From assembly GCA_963714015.1 (NCBI GenBank), contig OY970223.1:1-64000 (forward strand): DNA of 64,000 nt. The letters run 5' to 3'. The notes under the pieces were generated by a model. The model was given only the letters and a program-made list of their open reading frames with translations. It made no database searches and was not told the DNA's origin. Below are positions 50,461 to 61,800 of the stretch, one piece after another; position 1 is the first letter of the stretch; the number at the start of each line of letters is the position of its first letter. The stretch comes from Vulcanimicrobiota bacterium (GTDB lineage: Bacteria; Vulcanimicrobiota; Vulcanimicrobiia; Vulcanimicrobiales; Vulcanimicrobiaceae). Position numbers and translations under genes: made by a program.

Positions 50461-51963
50461 TTGCTATTCCCAGCGCCGAAGGAAGTTACACGTGCGAGGA
50501 CTGTATTGAACGATACCGGCTCAATAGGAGGCCTTGACGTAGCACATCTGCTCGCCACCCTTCGCATCGACCCGGCAAGGCGAGGGATAGTCGCCGTCGC
50601 CGGTATCGCCGTGTGCTTCGCGGCGGTGCTCACCTGGCTGGGCTTGTGGCGATATGCGATTTACCGTGCCGGCGTCGACACCGGCATTTTTACCCAAGTC
50701 GTCCTCTCGCTCGGATCGTGCTTTTGTGCCACGGCTGAAGGCGGCGTGAATCACCTGCGCGTGCACTGGTCGCCGATTATCGGCGTTGCATACCCTTTCG
50801 CGAAGTTTCTGGGCGGCGCTCCGGGTCTTATCGTCGTTCAAGCGGGCGCGATTGGCGCTACCGCGTTCCCGCTCTATTTTCTCGCGCGTTTGTATTGCGG
50901 CTCGCTGATGTCCGCGGCGTTGACGTGCCTTGCGATGCTGTACCCTGTGCTGTGTGCTCAGGCGTTCACGGATTTTCATGAAAATGCGTTCGTGCCCGCG
51001 CTGAGCGCTATGCTTGCGCTCGCGGTCGCCGCGCATCGTTGGCGACTCCGTGCGATCGCCGTAATAGCGCTGCTGCTGGTCAAAGAGGATCAGTTTGTGC
51101 AGCTGGCGGGCGTCGGAGCAATCATTGCGCTGATGGGCCGGCGCGATTCAAAGCAGCGCACTTTCGGTGCGTGGGTTTTCGTGGCGGCGATTGCCTGTGG
51201 ATTTGTGTATTTTGGATTCGTGCGGCAAGCCCTTGGGGCGGCAACCCCCTATGGACCGCTGCGCTGGTACCTGTGGAATCCGAGTTTAAGCGGCATGGCC
51301 GGTTTCTACGGAATCACATTGCCCGCACGAGTTTACTACCTCTTTTGGGCGCTGTTGCCGCTGCTGTTTCTGCCGCTCGGCTCGCGGCTGTTTTTGCTTG
51401 CGATTCCAGGTTTATTGGAAGTCCTGCTCTCGCACGAGCACATCACGATGGCGTACGATACGCATTACTCCATGATTTGGTCGGGGTACGTTCTTGCAGC
51501 GTTTACAGCGACGGCCGCGCGGATCGTTGCGGCGCGTCCAGTCGCGGGCGGCCTCACTTCTGTATGCGTTGCGGCGGCATGCGTCGGCGTGCTCGCCTTT
51601 CGCGATCCGATGTCGCGCTGGTATTACCTCTACCGGACACCCGATGCGAACGATGCTTTGCTTGGGCGTATAAGCGCTTCCATTCCGCCGGCTTCGGCGA
51701 TTGGCGGAACCGACGTCATTTACGCGCACTTGGCCACGCGGCCGAATGCGATGCCCAGTTTGCGCAGCGACTTTGTCGCCGATTATTACATCGCCGATCC
51801 TGCGCTCGGAGATCCGACCTGGGACGATCGCGACAAAGGGCTGCTCCAGGCCGCCGTACGCAAGGGAACGTATCGAATCTTAATGCGACGCGGAGGAGTC
51901 ATTTTGGCACAGAAGGCCATTCACGATGCACCCTTCCGGCAGAAACATCGGAATGCCGGCTGA
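50461..51963 (+). CDS. DUF2079-family membrane protein (second paralog; start uncertain)
   Basis: DTGIFTQ, HWSPII, DFHENAF, VKEDQ, THYS. Confidence 0.78.
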   Translation: MLFPAPKEVTRARTVLNDTGSIGGLDVAHLLATLRIDPARRGIVAVAGIAVCFAAVLTWLGLWRYAIYRAGVDTGIFTQVVLSLGSCFCATAEGGVNHLRVHWSPIIGVAYPFAKFLGGAPGLIVVQAGAIGATAFPLYFLARLYCGSLMSAALTCLAMLYPVLCAQAFTDFHENAFVPALSAMLALAVAAHRWRLRAIAVIALLLVKEDQFVQLAGVGAIIALMGRRDSKQRTFGAWVFVAAIACGFVYFGFVRQALGAATPYGPLRWYLWNPSLSGMAGFYGITLPARVYYLFWALLPLLFLPLGSRLFLLAIPGLLEVLLSHEHITMAYDTHYSMIWSGYVLAAFTATAARIVAARPVAGGLTSVCVAAACVGVLAFRDPMSRWYYLYRTPDANDALLGRISASIPPASAIGGTDVIYAHLATRPNAMPSLRSDFVADYYIADPALGDPTWDDRDKGLLQAAVRKGTYRILMRRGGVILAQKAIHDAPFRQKHRNAG

Positions 51964-52073
51964 AACGGCCCAGAATGGCAGTTTGGTCGCGCCTTCTTCG
52001 TAGGGGCGCGCTCGCTTTGGCCTAAGGTTGCCTCTTTAGATCTTTGCAACGTTTGGAAAGGGGACTTCATCCA

Positions 52074-53100
52074 ATGGTTCGCGGTTTACGTAGAGCGGGG
52101 GCAGGGTTACTCGGCCTAGGGTTTTTGATGACGGCGTGCAGCGGCGGCGGAGGAAGCAGTTCGTCGCAGATTCTTCCGCAGCGCGTTGCGCAAAGGAGTG
52201 CAGCGGTGAGTTCACTTCAAGACGAAGTGAACGCCGCAAACGGATTTCCGTCGGTTTCGCTGCATGCCGCTCTGGGGTTGCGCATGGGCGAAAACAATGC
52301 GGCCGGCGGAGCGGCCCCGGCGTCCAATCTGATCTATTCGGGCGATTTCAACAACAACGACATCACATATTTTTCGGCTAAGGGGATCAATCCGCCGCCG
52401 CTCGGACAGATCACCAACGGTCTGGACAATCCCGAACGGCTTTTCGTGGACAAAAAACTGAACGTGTACGCAACGAATCTCGGAAATTCGACGATCGTCA
52501 AATACGGTCCCGAGGGACCGTCGCCGAAGTTGACCATATCCAACGGCGTGAGCAATCCGACGGGATTAACGGTCAATGCCAACGGTACCATCTTTTGCGC
52601 CAACGTCGGAAACGACACCATTACGGAATATCCCGAAGGCAAAACCTCGCCTTCCATAACGATCAACTTGGGCTCTAATGCAGCGGAGTATCTTTCGATC
52701 GGCCCCAAGGGCGATCTGTTTGCCTCGCTCTTGGGCGGAAACGTCATGCGGTTCAAGCCGGGATCCAAGCAGGGAACGTTACTGAACCTGCAAGTCGGCA
52801 GCGCGGGCGCCATCGAACTGGACAAGGCCGGAAACATTCTGCTGATCGATGCGAATGCATCGACGCTCGACATCTTTCCGCCGGGCCAAAAGAAGCCTTC
52901 CAAGACGTTCCCGATCGGCGGATTCCCGTTCTCGCTTGCAATGAACGGCGCGGAGACGGAACTTTACGTCAGCGAAATCGTTGGAAGCAGACTGGGTAAT
53001 CCAGCAGCTCGCGTATCCGAACGGCAAAGCGTTCACGAACAAAATGACATCCAACGTGAACGGCTGGCCGATTGCCGCAAGCCCGGATAACGTGCTGTAA
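52074..53100 (+). CDS. Lipoprotein with NHL-like beta-propeller repeats; indel at 52991
   Basis: MTAC lipobox, repeats such as ITNGLDNP and ISNGVSNP; corrected C-terminus WVIQQLAYPNG..WPIAASPDNVL*. Confidence 0.75.
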
Positions 53101-53101
53101 C

Positions 53102-55225
53102 CTACGTCCCCTTCTGACCGCCTGCGTAAAAGATCACTTTGAAGATTGCTTGCGGCACGGTGACGAGCGTATTCGGATCGCCGTACGCAAGATAGAACTC
53201 TTCATTGTCGAGACGCAAGTGGTAGGCAATTGAAATGTTGGAACAGACACCTTCGCAATTGCCGCCGCCGTTGGGCTGGGGCGGGAACCCGATGACCCGC
53301 CTCAGACCCACTGCGAAAGACGAATTAGCGCTGACCTGATACGCGTACGAAGCGCCGTCGAACCATTGGACGTTCGGCGCCGCATCGGGAAAGTATTGCG
53401 CCGTATTGTCCACCGTCAGCGTCACGAACCCGCGATCTCCCAGACGTATCGTCGAATTGCGAAACCACGAATCCAAACGGCCTTCGCCGTACCGTCCGGT
53501 ATTGAACGAAATCGACGTCGGCGTAGCCGAGGACCCGTGCGTCGGGAAGTTGTTGATGTTGTTCTGCATTCCGCTGTGGTAGGTCAGGGAGAATCCGGCG
53601 TTCTGCGAGATCGGTGTGAGCACGCCGTCAAAGGGTGACCCGGGCACAATGCCGGAGCCCGGAAGGCGCGAGCTGAACAGCCAGTAATTCGAACCGGTAG
53701 AGGCCTGGAAATCGAGCGTGCTCTTCGTGAGCAGATCGAGCAGCGCGAAGTTGTCGCTCTGCCCAAAGCCTCCGGGAATGCCGTTGTACGTCGTGCTCTT
53801 GTAGCGATCGACCACGCCGTCAACGCCTACCGACGAAAAGAAGTCGTTGGGCGAGAACGTCCAAATGCGGGCCGAGTAAACGGCGTAGCCCGCTATTCCC
53901 GGATGTGAATCGAAACCGTCGACCGGGTCGAACAGCGCGCCCATCTTGCGCATCGATCCGAATAATGCGAAATGCTGGTTTCCCCAGCCGCCGCCGGTGT
54001 CGATCCACCCTGCTTGGGAGCTGTCGGTGACGAGCGTGCCCGACTCACGCGCATAGTTCAGATAAGCCGAAAGATACTTGCCGTTGTTCCAGCTTATGCC
54101 CGCTTGATTCGTGTCGTCTACGAGACCCGGTATGTCGGCGCTGACGTGCTGAAACGCGCCGTTCCAGCGATTGTCGCTGGACGTGTAATCGAACGCGCTC
54201 GCGTTGTCGTCGCGCCCGTCGCCGATTGCATCGAATGTGGCGAACCCGAAATTACCTTGACGTCCTTCGAATGCGTAGCCTTCGCGCGGCGTCGGAATTG
54301 CGGGCGTGTACAACGTGGTTCGAAAGCCGTTACAGACGTTGCAGTTGAAGTTTCCGTAGTAGGCATTCGCCTGCGTGAAGAAGGGGCGAACTTCGCTGAA
54401 GATCCGTTGATAAACGGTCGGCGAAATCGATTGCTGATCCAGTTCGACGTTCGAATAGTCCGGATGGAGCGTACCGAAGAACGCCGCAGTTTGAGTCACC
54501 GGTATCGAGAAATCGAGTCCCGTGCGCGAGGTAGATCCGCCAACGGATGGCGCGGCGGCGCGGCCCAGCCCGTAGACGCCGACGCGAGGTTTCGGAAGCG
54601 GCGGACGCGCCACCAGCGGGACCTTTACGGTCGCCGCTCGCGCGGCATCGTCGGGATTCGTTTGCGCGCCGTCGTAGGACCAGACGTTCAGTTCTCCAGT
54701 CGATCGCACGTAGCGGACGAACTGCATGCGCCAAGTCCCGGCGTGAGCGCCATGAACGACCGCAAGCGGGATCGCCATCGTCACGGTGTATCCCCCGGCG
54801 CCGATACTGCCGCGCGACTGCCATTGCGGAGCAAAATCGGAATTTTCGGAGGAGGCTTCATTGTGCGCGCCTATTGGGTTGGACTCGAACTCGTATTGAA
54901 AGCCGCCCGGGCCGGTCGGCCAGAGATCGACCCAAACAGCATCGTCCGGCCAAGCGATGCCGCCGTTGGTGTTACTGCCGCCGGCAACTAAGTCGTTGCT
55001 ATGCTGAGACGCAATCACGGGCTCCCGCTGAACGGCATCGAATCGGACGTAGAGATACTTGCCGTCCGTCTCGACGTGAACAGTCGTGGAGTCCGTTGCC
55101 GGATGGCCGTGGGCCACGTCCCAGCTGAGCGCCACCGGCGTATTCTGCCCCCAGCCGGCTGCTGTTGCCCCCGTCGAAAGGGACGGGGCGCTCTGGACGA
55201 CGGGGACGGTCATCGAAGCCAGCAT
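53102..55225 (-). CDS. CBM9-like / DUF5916-like exported (probably outer-membrane) protein
   Basis: DGKYLYVRFDA, DDAVWVDL, YTVTMAIPL, HPDYSNVELDQ, EVRPFFTQ, followed by a beta-strand-rich region. Confidence 0.7.
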   Translation of the reverse strand: MLASMTVPVVQSAPSLSTGATAAGWGQNTPVALSWDVAHGHPATDSTTVHVETDGKYLYVRFDAVQREPVIASQHSNDLVAGGSNTNGGIAWPDDAVWVDLWPTGPGGFQYEFESNPIGAHNEASSENSDFAPQWQSRGSIGAGGYTVTMAIPLAVVHGAHAGTWRMQFVRYVRSTGELNVWSYDGAQTNPDDAARAATVKVPLVARPPLPKPRVGVYGLGRAAAPSVGGSTSRTGLDFSIPVTQTAAFFGTLHPDYSNVELDQQSISPTVYQRIFSEVRPFFTQANAYYGNFNCNVCNGFRTTLYTPAIPTPREGYAFEGRQGNFGFATFDAIGDGRDDNASAFDYTSSDNRWNGAFQHVSADIPGLVDDTNQAGISWNNGKYLSAYLNYARESGTLVTDSSQAGWIDTGGGWGNQHFALFGSMRKMGALFDPVDGFDSHPGIAGYAVYSARIWTFSPNDFFSSVGVDGVVDRYKSTTYNGIPGGFGQSDNFALLDLLTKSTLDFQASTGSNYWLFSSRLPGSGIVPGSPFDGVLTPISQNAGFSLTYHSGMQNNINNFPTHGSSATPTSISFNTGRYGEGRLDSWFRNSTIRLGDRGFVTLTVDNTAQYFPDAAPNVQWFDGASYAYQVSANSSFAVGLRRVIGFPPQPNGGGNCEGVCSNISIAYHLRLDNEEFYLAYGDPNTLVTVPQAIFKVIFYAGGQKGT

Positions 55226-55237
55226 CGAGGGCGTTCT

Positions 55238-55296
55238 CCTAATTCATTAATCCTAATTCTTTAAGAGATACTAGCAGCCGCACACTTTTGTGTCAA
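55238..55296 (-). promoter_or_regulatory. Sigma70-type promoter with tandem operator sites, same architecture as 20468-20525
   Basis: Minus strand: TTGACA - 17 bp - TAGTAT - CTCTTAAAGAATTAGG - ATTAATGAATTAGG, then AGGAG. Confidence 0.7.
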
Positions 55297-55337
55297 CTAT
55301 AATATTAGTTTTTGTTCCCGCGTCGAAAGACCGACCC

Positions 55338-57473
55338 ATGCGTCTCTCACTTCTGCTCCTGGCCACGCTTCTGATCGCCCCTGTCGGCGCCACGCCGGTT
55401 CCCCCCGAAGCCGCTAACGTCACAATTGCGCGGGACGACTGGGGCATCGCGCACGTGCACGGAAAGACCGACGCGGACGCGGTGTTCGGGATGATTTACG
55501 CGCAAGCCGAGGACGACTTCAACCGGGTGGAGGTCAATTATCTAACCGCTCTCGGCCGCACGGCGGAAGCGGACGGCGAAACCGCTATCTATCAAGATCT
55601 GCGGCAATGTTTATGGGTCGACGATGCGGATCTGCAGGCTCGCTACCGGCGCAGCCCGCAGTGGCTCCGGCAATTGATGGATGCCTGGGCGGACGGCCTC
55701 AACTATTACCTTCAAACGCATCCGCAAGTGCATCCTCGAGTTCTCACTCATTTTGAACCGTGGATGGCGCTGAGCTTCACCGAAGGCAGCATCGGCGGCG
55801 ACGTCGAGCGCGTCTCGCTGCCCGAGTTGCAGGCATTCTACGGCGGTGGTTCGGTTTCGATGCGAGCACCGTCCGAAGATCCGCGCGCGCCTATTCCGGA
55901 TCCGCAAGGGTCGAACGGTATCGCGATCGCGCCGAAGAACACCGTCGATCGCAATGCGTTGCTGTTGATCAACCCGCACACGTCATTCTATTTCCGCTCC
56001 GAATTGCAGATGTCGAGCGATGAGGGGCTGGATGCGTACGGCGCGGCGACGTGGGGGCAGTTCTTCATCTATCAAGGATTCAATCCGCACATCGGCTGGA
56101 TGCACACGTCGACGGGCGCGGACAACGTCGATCAATTTGCCGAAACGATAGTCCGCAAGGATGGGCGCCTATATTACCGGTACGGGAATGCGCTGCGTCC
56201 CGTCACCGTCTCGACCGTTTCGATTAGGTACCGCACGACGGCGGGCGGATTGGCAACTCGAACCTTCACGGTCTACCATACGCACCACGGACCGATCGTA
56301 CGGTCCGAAAACGGAAAGTGGATCGCCGAAGCGCTGATGTATCGGCCGATTCGCGCCCTCGAACAATCCTATCTGCGCACGAAGGCATCCGACTTTGCGT
56401 CGTATCGCAAAATCGCCGAGCTGGAGGCGAATTCGTCCAACAACACGATCTTCGCCGACGACAAAGGCGAAATCGCGTACATGCATCCGCAATTCATGCC
56501 GCGCCGCGACGATCGCTTCGATTATACCAAGCCGGTGGACGGGTCCGACCCCGCAACCGACTGGCACGGCATTTTGCCGCTGGATCGAGATCCCCACGTT
56601 CTCAATCCCGCTGTGGGGTGGATCTTCAACTCGAACGATTGGCCGTATTCCGCTGCCGGCCCCGACAGCCCGAAGCGCCGGGATTTTCCGCGCTACATGG
56701 ACACCGCAGGTGAAAACGAACGCGGAATCCACGAGACGTTGCTGCTTGGAGGCCGCCATGACTTCACGCTGGAGCGTTTACGGCAAACGGCGTTCGATCC
56801 GAACCTGCCTTTCTTCGCCACGCTCGTTCCAACGCTCGTGCACGCCTATGACAGTGACCCCGCGAACGATCCGCTCAAGTCCAAACTGCGCGATCCGATC
56901 GACATTCTGCGGACGTGGAATGACCGGTGGTCGGCGGATTCCGTTGCAACGTCGCTCGCAATTTTTTGGGCCGACCACCTCGCTAGAACGAACCGCAGCG
57001 TAAAGCGTCAAGTTCTGCTCGCTGCGCCGGCTAGCGAGAAACTCGAAAGCTTGGCATATGCGGTCGATCGCTTGGACGCGGACTTCGGAACTTGGCGAAC
57101 CCCCTGGGGGCAGATCAACCGCTTCCAACGCCTGGACGACAATATCGAAGGCGACTTCGACGACGGCAAACCCAGCATTCCCGTTCCCTTCGTTGCCGGA
57201 ACCTGGGGTTCGCTCGCCGCGTTTTACGCCGATCCGGCGCCAAACACCAAGCGTTGGTACGGCGATGCCGGCAACAGTTTCGTCGCCATCGTAGAGTTCG
57301 GCAAACGAGTTCGGGCGATAGCGGTGACTGCAGGCGGCGAAAGCGGCGATCCGCATTCCCCCCACTTTGACGACGAAGCCCTGCGCTACGCCACCGGAAA
57401 TCTGCGGCCGGTGTACTTCTATCCCGGCGATCTCGTCGGCCATACGGAACGCACGTATCATCCCGGGACGTGA
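55338..57473 (+). CDS. Penicillin acylase / acyl-homoserine-lactone acylase family Ntn hydrolase
   Basis: RDDWGIAHVHG, YAQAED, beta-chain start GSNGIAIAP, LLINPH, GWMHT, THHGPI. Confidence 0.92.
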   Translation: MRLSLLLLATLLIAPVGATPVPPEAANVTIARDDWGIAHVHGKTDADAVFGMIYAQAEDDFNRVEVNYLTALGRTAEADGETAIYQDLRQCLWVDDADLQARYRRSPQWLRQLMDAWADGLNYYLQTHPQVHPRVLTHFEPWMALSFTEGSIGGDVERVSLPELQAFYGGGSVSMRAPSEDPRAPIPDPQGSNGIAIAPKNTVDRNALLLINPHTSFYFRSELQMSSDEGLDAYGAATWGQFFIYQGFNPHIGWMHTSTGADNVDQFAETIVRKDGRLYYRYGNALRPVTVSTVSIRYRTTAGGLATRTFTVYHTHHGPIVRSENGKWIAEALMYRPIRALEQSYLRTKASDFASYRKIAELEANSSNNTIFADDKGEIAYMHPQFMPRRDDRFDYTKPVDGSDPATDWHGILPLDRDPHVLNPAVGWIFNSNDWPYSAAGPDSPKRRDFPRYMDTAGENERGIHETLLLGGRHDFTLERLRQTAFDPNLPFFATLVPTLVHAYDSDPANDPLKSKLRDPIDILRTWNDRWSADSVATSLAIFWADHLARTNRSVKRQVLLAAPASEKLESLAYAVDRLDADFGTWRTPWGQINRFQRLDDNIEGDFDDGKPSIPVPFVAGTWGSLAAFYADPAPNTKRWYGDAGNSFVAIVEFGKRVRAIAVTAGGESGDPHSPHFDDEALRYATGNLRPVYFYPGDLVGHTERTYHPGT

Positions 57474-57574
57474 TCGACCGGCACCGTCGGACCAACGAAC
57501 CGTAAAGGTCCGGTTCCGCCGGCAGGTACTGCGCACGTGCCGCGGCCAAACCGCATTGACGCGCGGCCGTCCGT

Positions 57575-58858
57575 GTGTCGTTTTGGTGGCCAGGGCGCTC
57601 AGCTTGCGTCCAGGTACGGCCGGTAGTCTTAGCACGGGAAAATCGCTTGTACGAATCACTGACTCGCTCGTTCGTTTGCCATTCGTGGCGAGGCGTCCAT
57701 CGCGTTTGCGTTGCCGCCGCTTCGCTCGCCGCATTCGCGGCCTGCAGCCATCCTAGTCATGAGACAGCCCCCGCACCCTATGTTGCAACGGCGATCGCCT
57801 CTTATGGAACGATCCGCGCGGGCTCGCAGCTTGCGGGCATCATCGCGCCCTACGAGAACGTCGCCATCCAAACGACGCTCGTCGAACCCGCGGACGCGGT
57901 GTACGTTCAAGAGGGCGATCGGGTCTACCGCGGCGAGGTGCTGGCTCGTCTCGATACGGCGGATCTTCAGGCGCAGCTCAACTCCGACGTCGCGAGCGAG
58001 CACCACACCTACGCTCAAGGTGACCTAACGATATCGCAAGGATCCGATGCGCTGCGACAGGCCGAAACGACCCTTCGCGCCGATCGTTTGAATTTGCAGC
58101 GCGATCAAATGCTGCTGCGCCAAGGCTATATCGCCCAGCAGGCGTTCGACGCACAGATGGAAACGGTGCGCAACGACGAGCAGACCGTGGCCGCCGATCA
58201 GGCGACCGTACAACAAAACGGGTCGATCGGCGGTTCCGGCCTGGCCGCATCCGCTGTCGCTCAGGCAGAGGCGCAAGCCGACCAGGTCCGCGTTCAAATC
58301 GCAAAGGCGACCATCGTTTCGCCGATCGACGGCGTCGTGGTGAACCGCAACTTGAACCCCGGCGAATATCCCGGCAACCGGCAGCTTTTTACGCTCCAGC
58401 AGGTCGATCCGATCTATGCAGTAGTTCACGGCTCGGGTGCCGAGGTCGCGGCAATTGCGAAGCGTTCTTCGGCGACAGTCACACTTTCAGATCTGAACGA
58501 ACGCACCGCGGGAACAGTAGTCGGCGTGCTCAATCAGATCGTGCCCGGGTCCACGGATTTCATGGTAAAGATTCTGCTGCAGAATCCGCAAAACAGAATC
58601 AGGCCCGGCATGGCGGTCCAAGCCACCGTCGCGCTGCCGGCGCTGCACGGGGTCCGCGTTCCCCTCACCGCATTTACGGACGAAAACCACTCGCAAATCA
58701 TGGCCGTCAGCCCGCGAGACGTTGTTCGCGTGCGGCAAGTAACCGAGATCGGTGACGACGGAACGACCGCCGTCGTCACCGGAGTGGCCCCGGGGACGCG
58801 GATCGTTACCAACGGTATGGCGAGCGTGGGTAACGGCGAAAAAGTCTCACTGCAGTGA
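57575..58858 (+). CDS. RND efflux periplasmic adaptor (start uncertain, probably further downstream)
   Basis: FAAC lipobox, VYVQEGDRV, IVSPIDGVV, IRPGM. Confidence 0.88.
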   Translation: MSFWWPGRSACVQVRPVVLARENRLYESLTRSFVCHSWRGVHRVCVAAASLAAFAACSHPSHETAPAPYVATAIASYGTIRAGSQLAGIIAPYENVAIQTTLVEPADAVYVQEGDRVYRGEVLARLDTADLQAQLNSDVASEHHTYAQGDLTISQGSDALRQAETTLRADRLNLQRDQMLLRQGYIAQQAFDAQMETVRNDEQTVAADQATVQQNGSIGGSGLAASAVAQAEAQADQVRVQIAKATIVSPIDGVVVNRNLNPGEYPGNRQLFTLQQVDPIYAVVHGSGAEVAAIAKRSSATVTLSDLNERTAGTVVGVLNQIVPGSTDFMVKILLQNPQNRIRPGMAVQATVALPALHGVRVPLTAFTDENHSQIMAVSPRDVVRVRQVTEIGDDGTTAVVTGVAPGTRIVTNGMASVGNGEKVSLQ

Positions 58859-61800
58859 ATCTGACTAAACTCTTCCTCGAGCGTCCCCCGCTCGTTTTCG
58901 TCTTGGTCTGCGTGATGATCGTGGCCGGCGCGATATCGCTGGCGACAATCGTCAAAGAACTCTTTCCGAACGTGTCTCAGCCCACGATCACGATCTCCGC
59001 GAACTACAGCGGCGCCTCCGTCACCGAGATGCGCGACAACATCGTCGCGCCTATTGAAGAAAACCTTGCAGGCACGACGGATTTGCAGAACATCAATTCC
59101 GTGGTGCAACAGGGACAGGCGCAGATTTCAGCGACCTTCACCATCACTTCCAGTGAGGCAACGGATCTTGCGCTGACGGAGAAGGCGGTGCAGGCCGCGG
59201 AGCGTCAGTTGCCCGCGAATATGCCGGCACCAACCGTCAACATTCGCGACCCTGCGGAAGAGACGGTCGTAACGCTGGCGATGTACTCGTCGAAGTTGAC
59301 GCCGGGCGAGATGGCCCTGTACGCAAACAACGTCGTCGTCCCGCAGATCCAGCAGATTCCCGGTATTTCGTACGCCAGTGTGGGGGGCGCCGTCACGCCG
59401 GCATACGAGGTCGAGGTCGATCCCGCGAAACTCGCTGCGCGCAATCTCACGCTCAATGACGTCATCAACACGCTAAACGAGCAAAACAACCGCGTCCCCG
59501 GAGGTTACGCGTACCAGCCAGGACGCCAAACGATTATCGACGTGCGCGGCGACATTCAGACGATTCAGCAGGTCAAGGACCTGCCGATCATTGCGAGTTC
59601 CGGCGGGGCGGCGTCCAACGAAACCGCAGGTCAGGTGGAATCGTACACGGGCGGCCTCTCCAGCCTTCCCGGCGGTGTCAACGCGTGGACTGCCGGCAGC
59701 CAGGCAACGCGCATCGGCGACGTTGCGAACGTCATTGAAGGCAACGAGCCGCAGCTGCAGTATGCGCGAATCAACGGCCACCGCGGCTTCTTTCTTTCGG
59801 TCCAAAAGACGGCCGATGCGAGTGAAGTTGATGCTTCAAACAACTTCATGAAACAGCTGCCGCAGCTGGAGCGTGAGTTTCCGGCGATTCATTTTGAGAT
59901 CGTCAACATTGCATCGCGCTTCACGCAGCAGCAGATGAACGCAGTCCTGCACACGCTGCTCGAAGCGATTTTCCTAACGGCACTCGCGATGCTTTTTTTT
60001 CTGCGCTCTTGGCGCAGTGCCATCGTCGTCTGCATCGCCATTCCGACTTCGCTTGCGATTGCGCTCACCGTCATGCGAATGACGGGTATGACAGTCGATA
60101 CGATTTCCATGCTGGCAATGACCCTCGTGATCGGCATTTTGGTGGACGACTCCACGGTGGTCCTGGAAAACATCGAGCGTCACTTTCGCGACTTAAAGCA
60201 AAACCCAAAGGATGCCGCGTACGGAGGCCGCATGGAGATTGGCGCCGCAGCGGTCGTCATCACCCTCGTCGACGTGGTCGTGTTTCTTCCCATAGCGTTC
60301 ATGTCGGGACAAGTGGGGCGATTCTTGGTCGAGTTCGCGCTCATCATCGTCATCTCGACACTAACGTCCCTGTTCATCTCGTTCACCGTCACGCCCACGC
60401 TTGCCGGACTTTGGGCGCTGCAATCACATTGGAAGCCGTGGCGAATCGTCGATGCTTTCGGGCGCGGTTTCGACAAACTTCGTGACTGGTACGCGCATCG
60501 AGCCCTGCTTTGGGCGCTGGAGCATCGGACGGTCGTCCTCCTCGGCTGCATGCTCAGTTTCGTGCTTTCCATCGGGCTCGTCGGCACGGGCGTAGTGGGC
60601 GAAACGTTCATCCCTTCGGTCGATCGCGGCGAAATCTACATCCAATTGCAATATCCGGAAGGGACGCCGATCGCGGCCGTGCGGACCAGCGCGTACAAGC
60701 TCGAGGCGCTCATCGACAAGACTTTGGATCTGCAACATGAAACGACGGTCGCCGGTGCGTACTCGGCTTCGTTCGGCGGTTTCGTCGTTCAACCGGACGT
60801 CGCGCAGATCCACGTGTTTCTGAATGACAATCGCAAGCACTCGACCTATTATTGGGTCGCGCAATTTCAACAAATGCTTCACCGGGTATTACCGAACGTC
60901 ACGGGATCGGTGGTGCCGTCCAGCGGGACCGGCGGCGGCAACGCACAGCCTATCGATTTCCTGGTCTCCGATCTGACCGGCGGCGATCCGACGCCCTACG
61001 CGCAGCGCGCTTTGGCGCTGCTCAAATCGACGCCCGGCGCGACGAGCGTGAACAGCTCCGCTCAAGAGCTCGCGCCCGAAGTTTCCGTAATCTTCAACCG
61101 TCAAAAAGCAGAGGCGTTGGACGTCGATCTGGGGCAGGCGGCGAACGCGGCCGGTGCGGCGTTCGGCGGCGACGTCGCCACTCAGTTCGAAACGGCGTCC
61201 GGCTTGGAGCAGGTACAGGTCATCTACCCGCAGTCGGACCAGACGAGCCTTACGACACTCTCCGCAATTCCCATACGCGCGAACAACGGGCAAATCGTCC
61301 ACCTCGGTGATATTGCGACATTTGCATTGACCCCGACGCCGCCGTTCATTACGCGAACGAACCGCAACACGGTCATCCACGTCGACGCGAACGTCGCGCC
61401 CGGCGACTCCCTCTCGAACGTGGAGAACGCCTTCGAGAAGCGGCTTCCGTCTCTGCACTTGCCCCCGAATGTCGTAGTCCGGCCCGCACCGATGGGCCAG
61501 CAAGACTACATGCATCAGGTGTTGGTCGGAATGGGCATGTCGATGATCTTGTCGATCGTTCTCGTGTTTTTGCTGATGGTCGCCCTTTACAACAGCTACA
61601 GCTCGCCTTTCATCATCATCTTCTCGGTTCCGGTCGCGGCCGTCGGAGCTATCGGCGCTCTGCTAATCACTCGTGAGACGTTGAATCTCTTTTCTCTCAT
61701 CGGCACGATCTTGCTGATCGGCATCGCCACCAAGAACGGCATTCTGCTCGTGGATTATGCGAACACGCTGCGCGCTCGCGGCCGTAATAAGCTTGCGGCG

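Noticed and set aside
2825..57798. HIP1-like GCGATCGC octamer (at least 12 copies seen, e.g. 2825, 9024, 18191, 19246, 45268, 46709, 55923, 57791)
   Set aside because: The density is far below cyanobacterial HIP1 and is plausibly explained by Ala-Ile-Ala codons and general CGATCG abundance. A codon-aware test would be needed.
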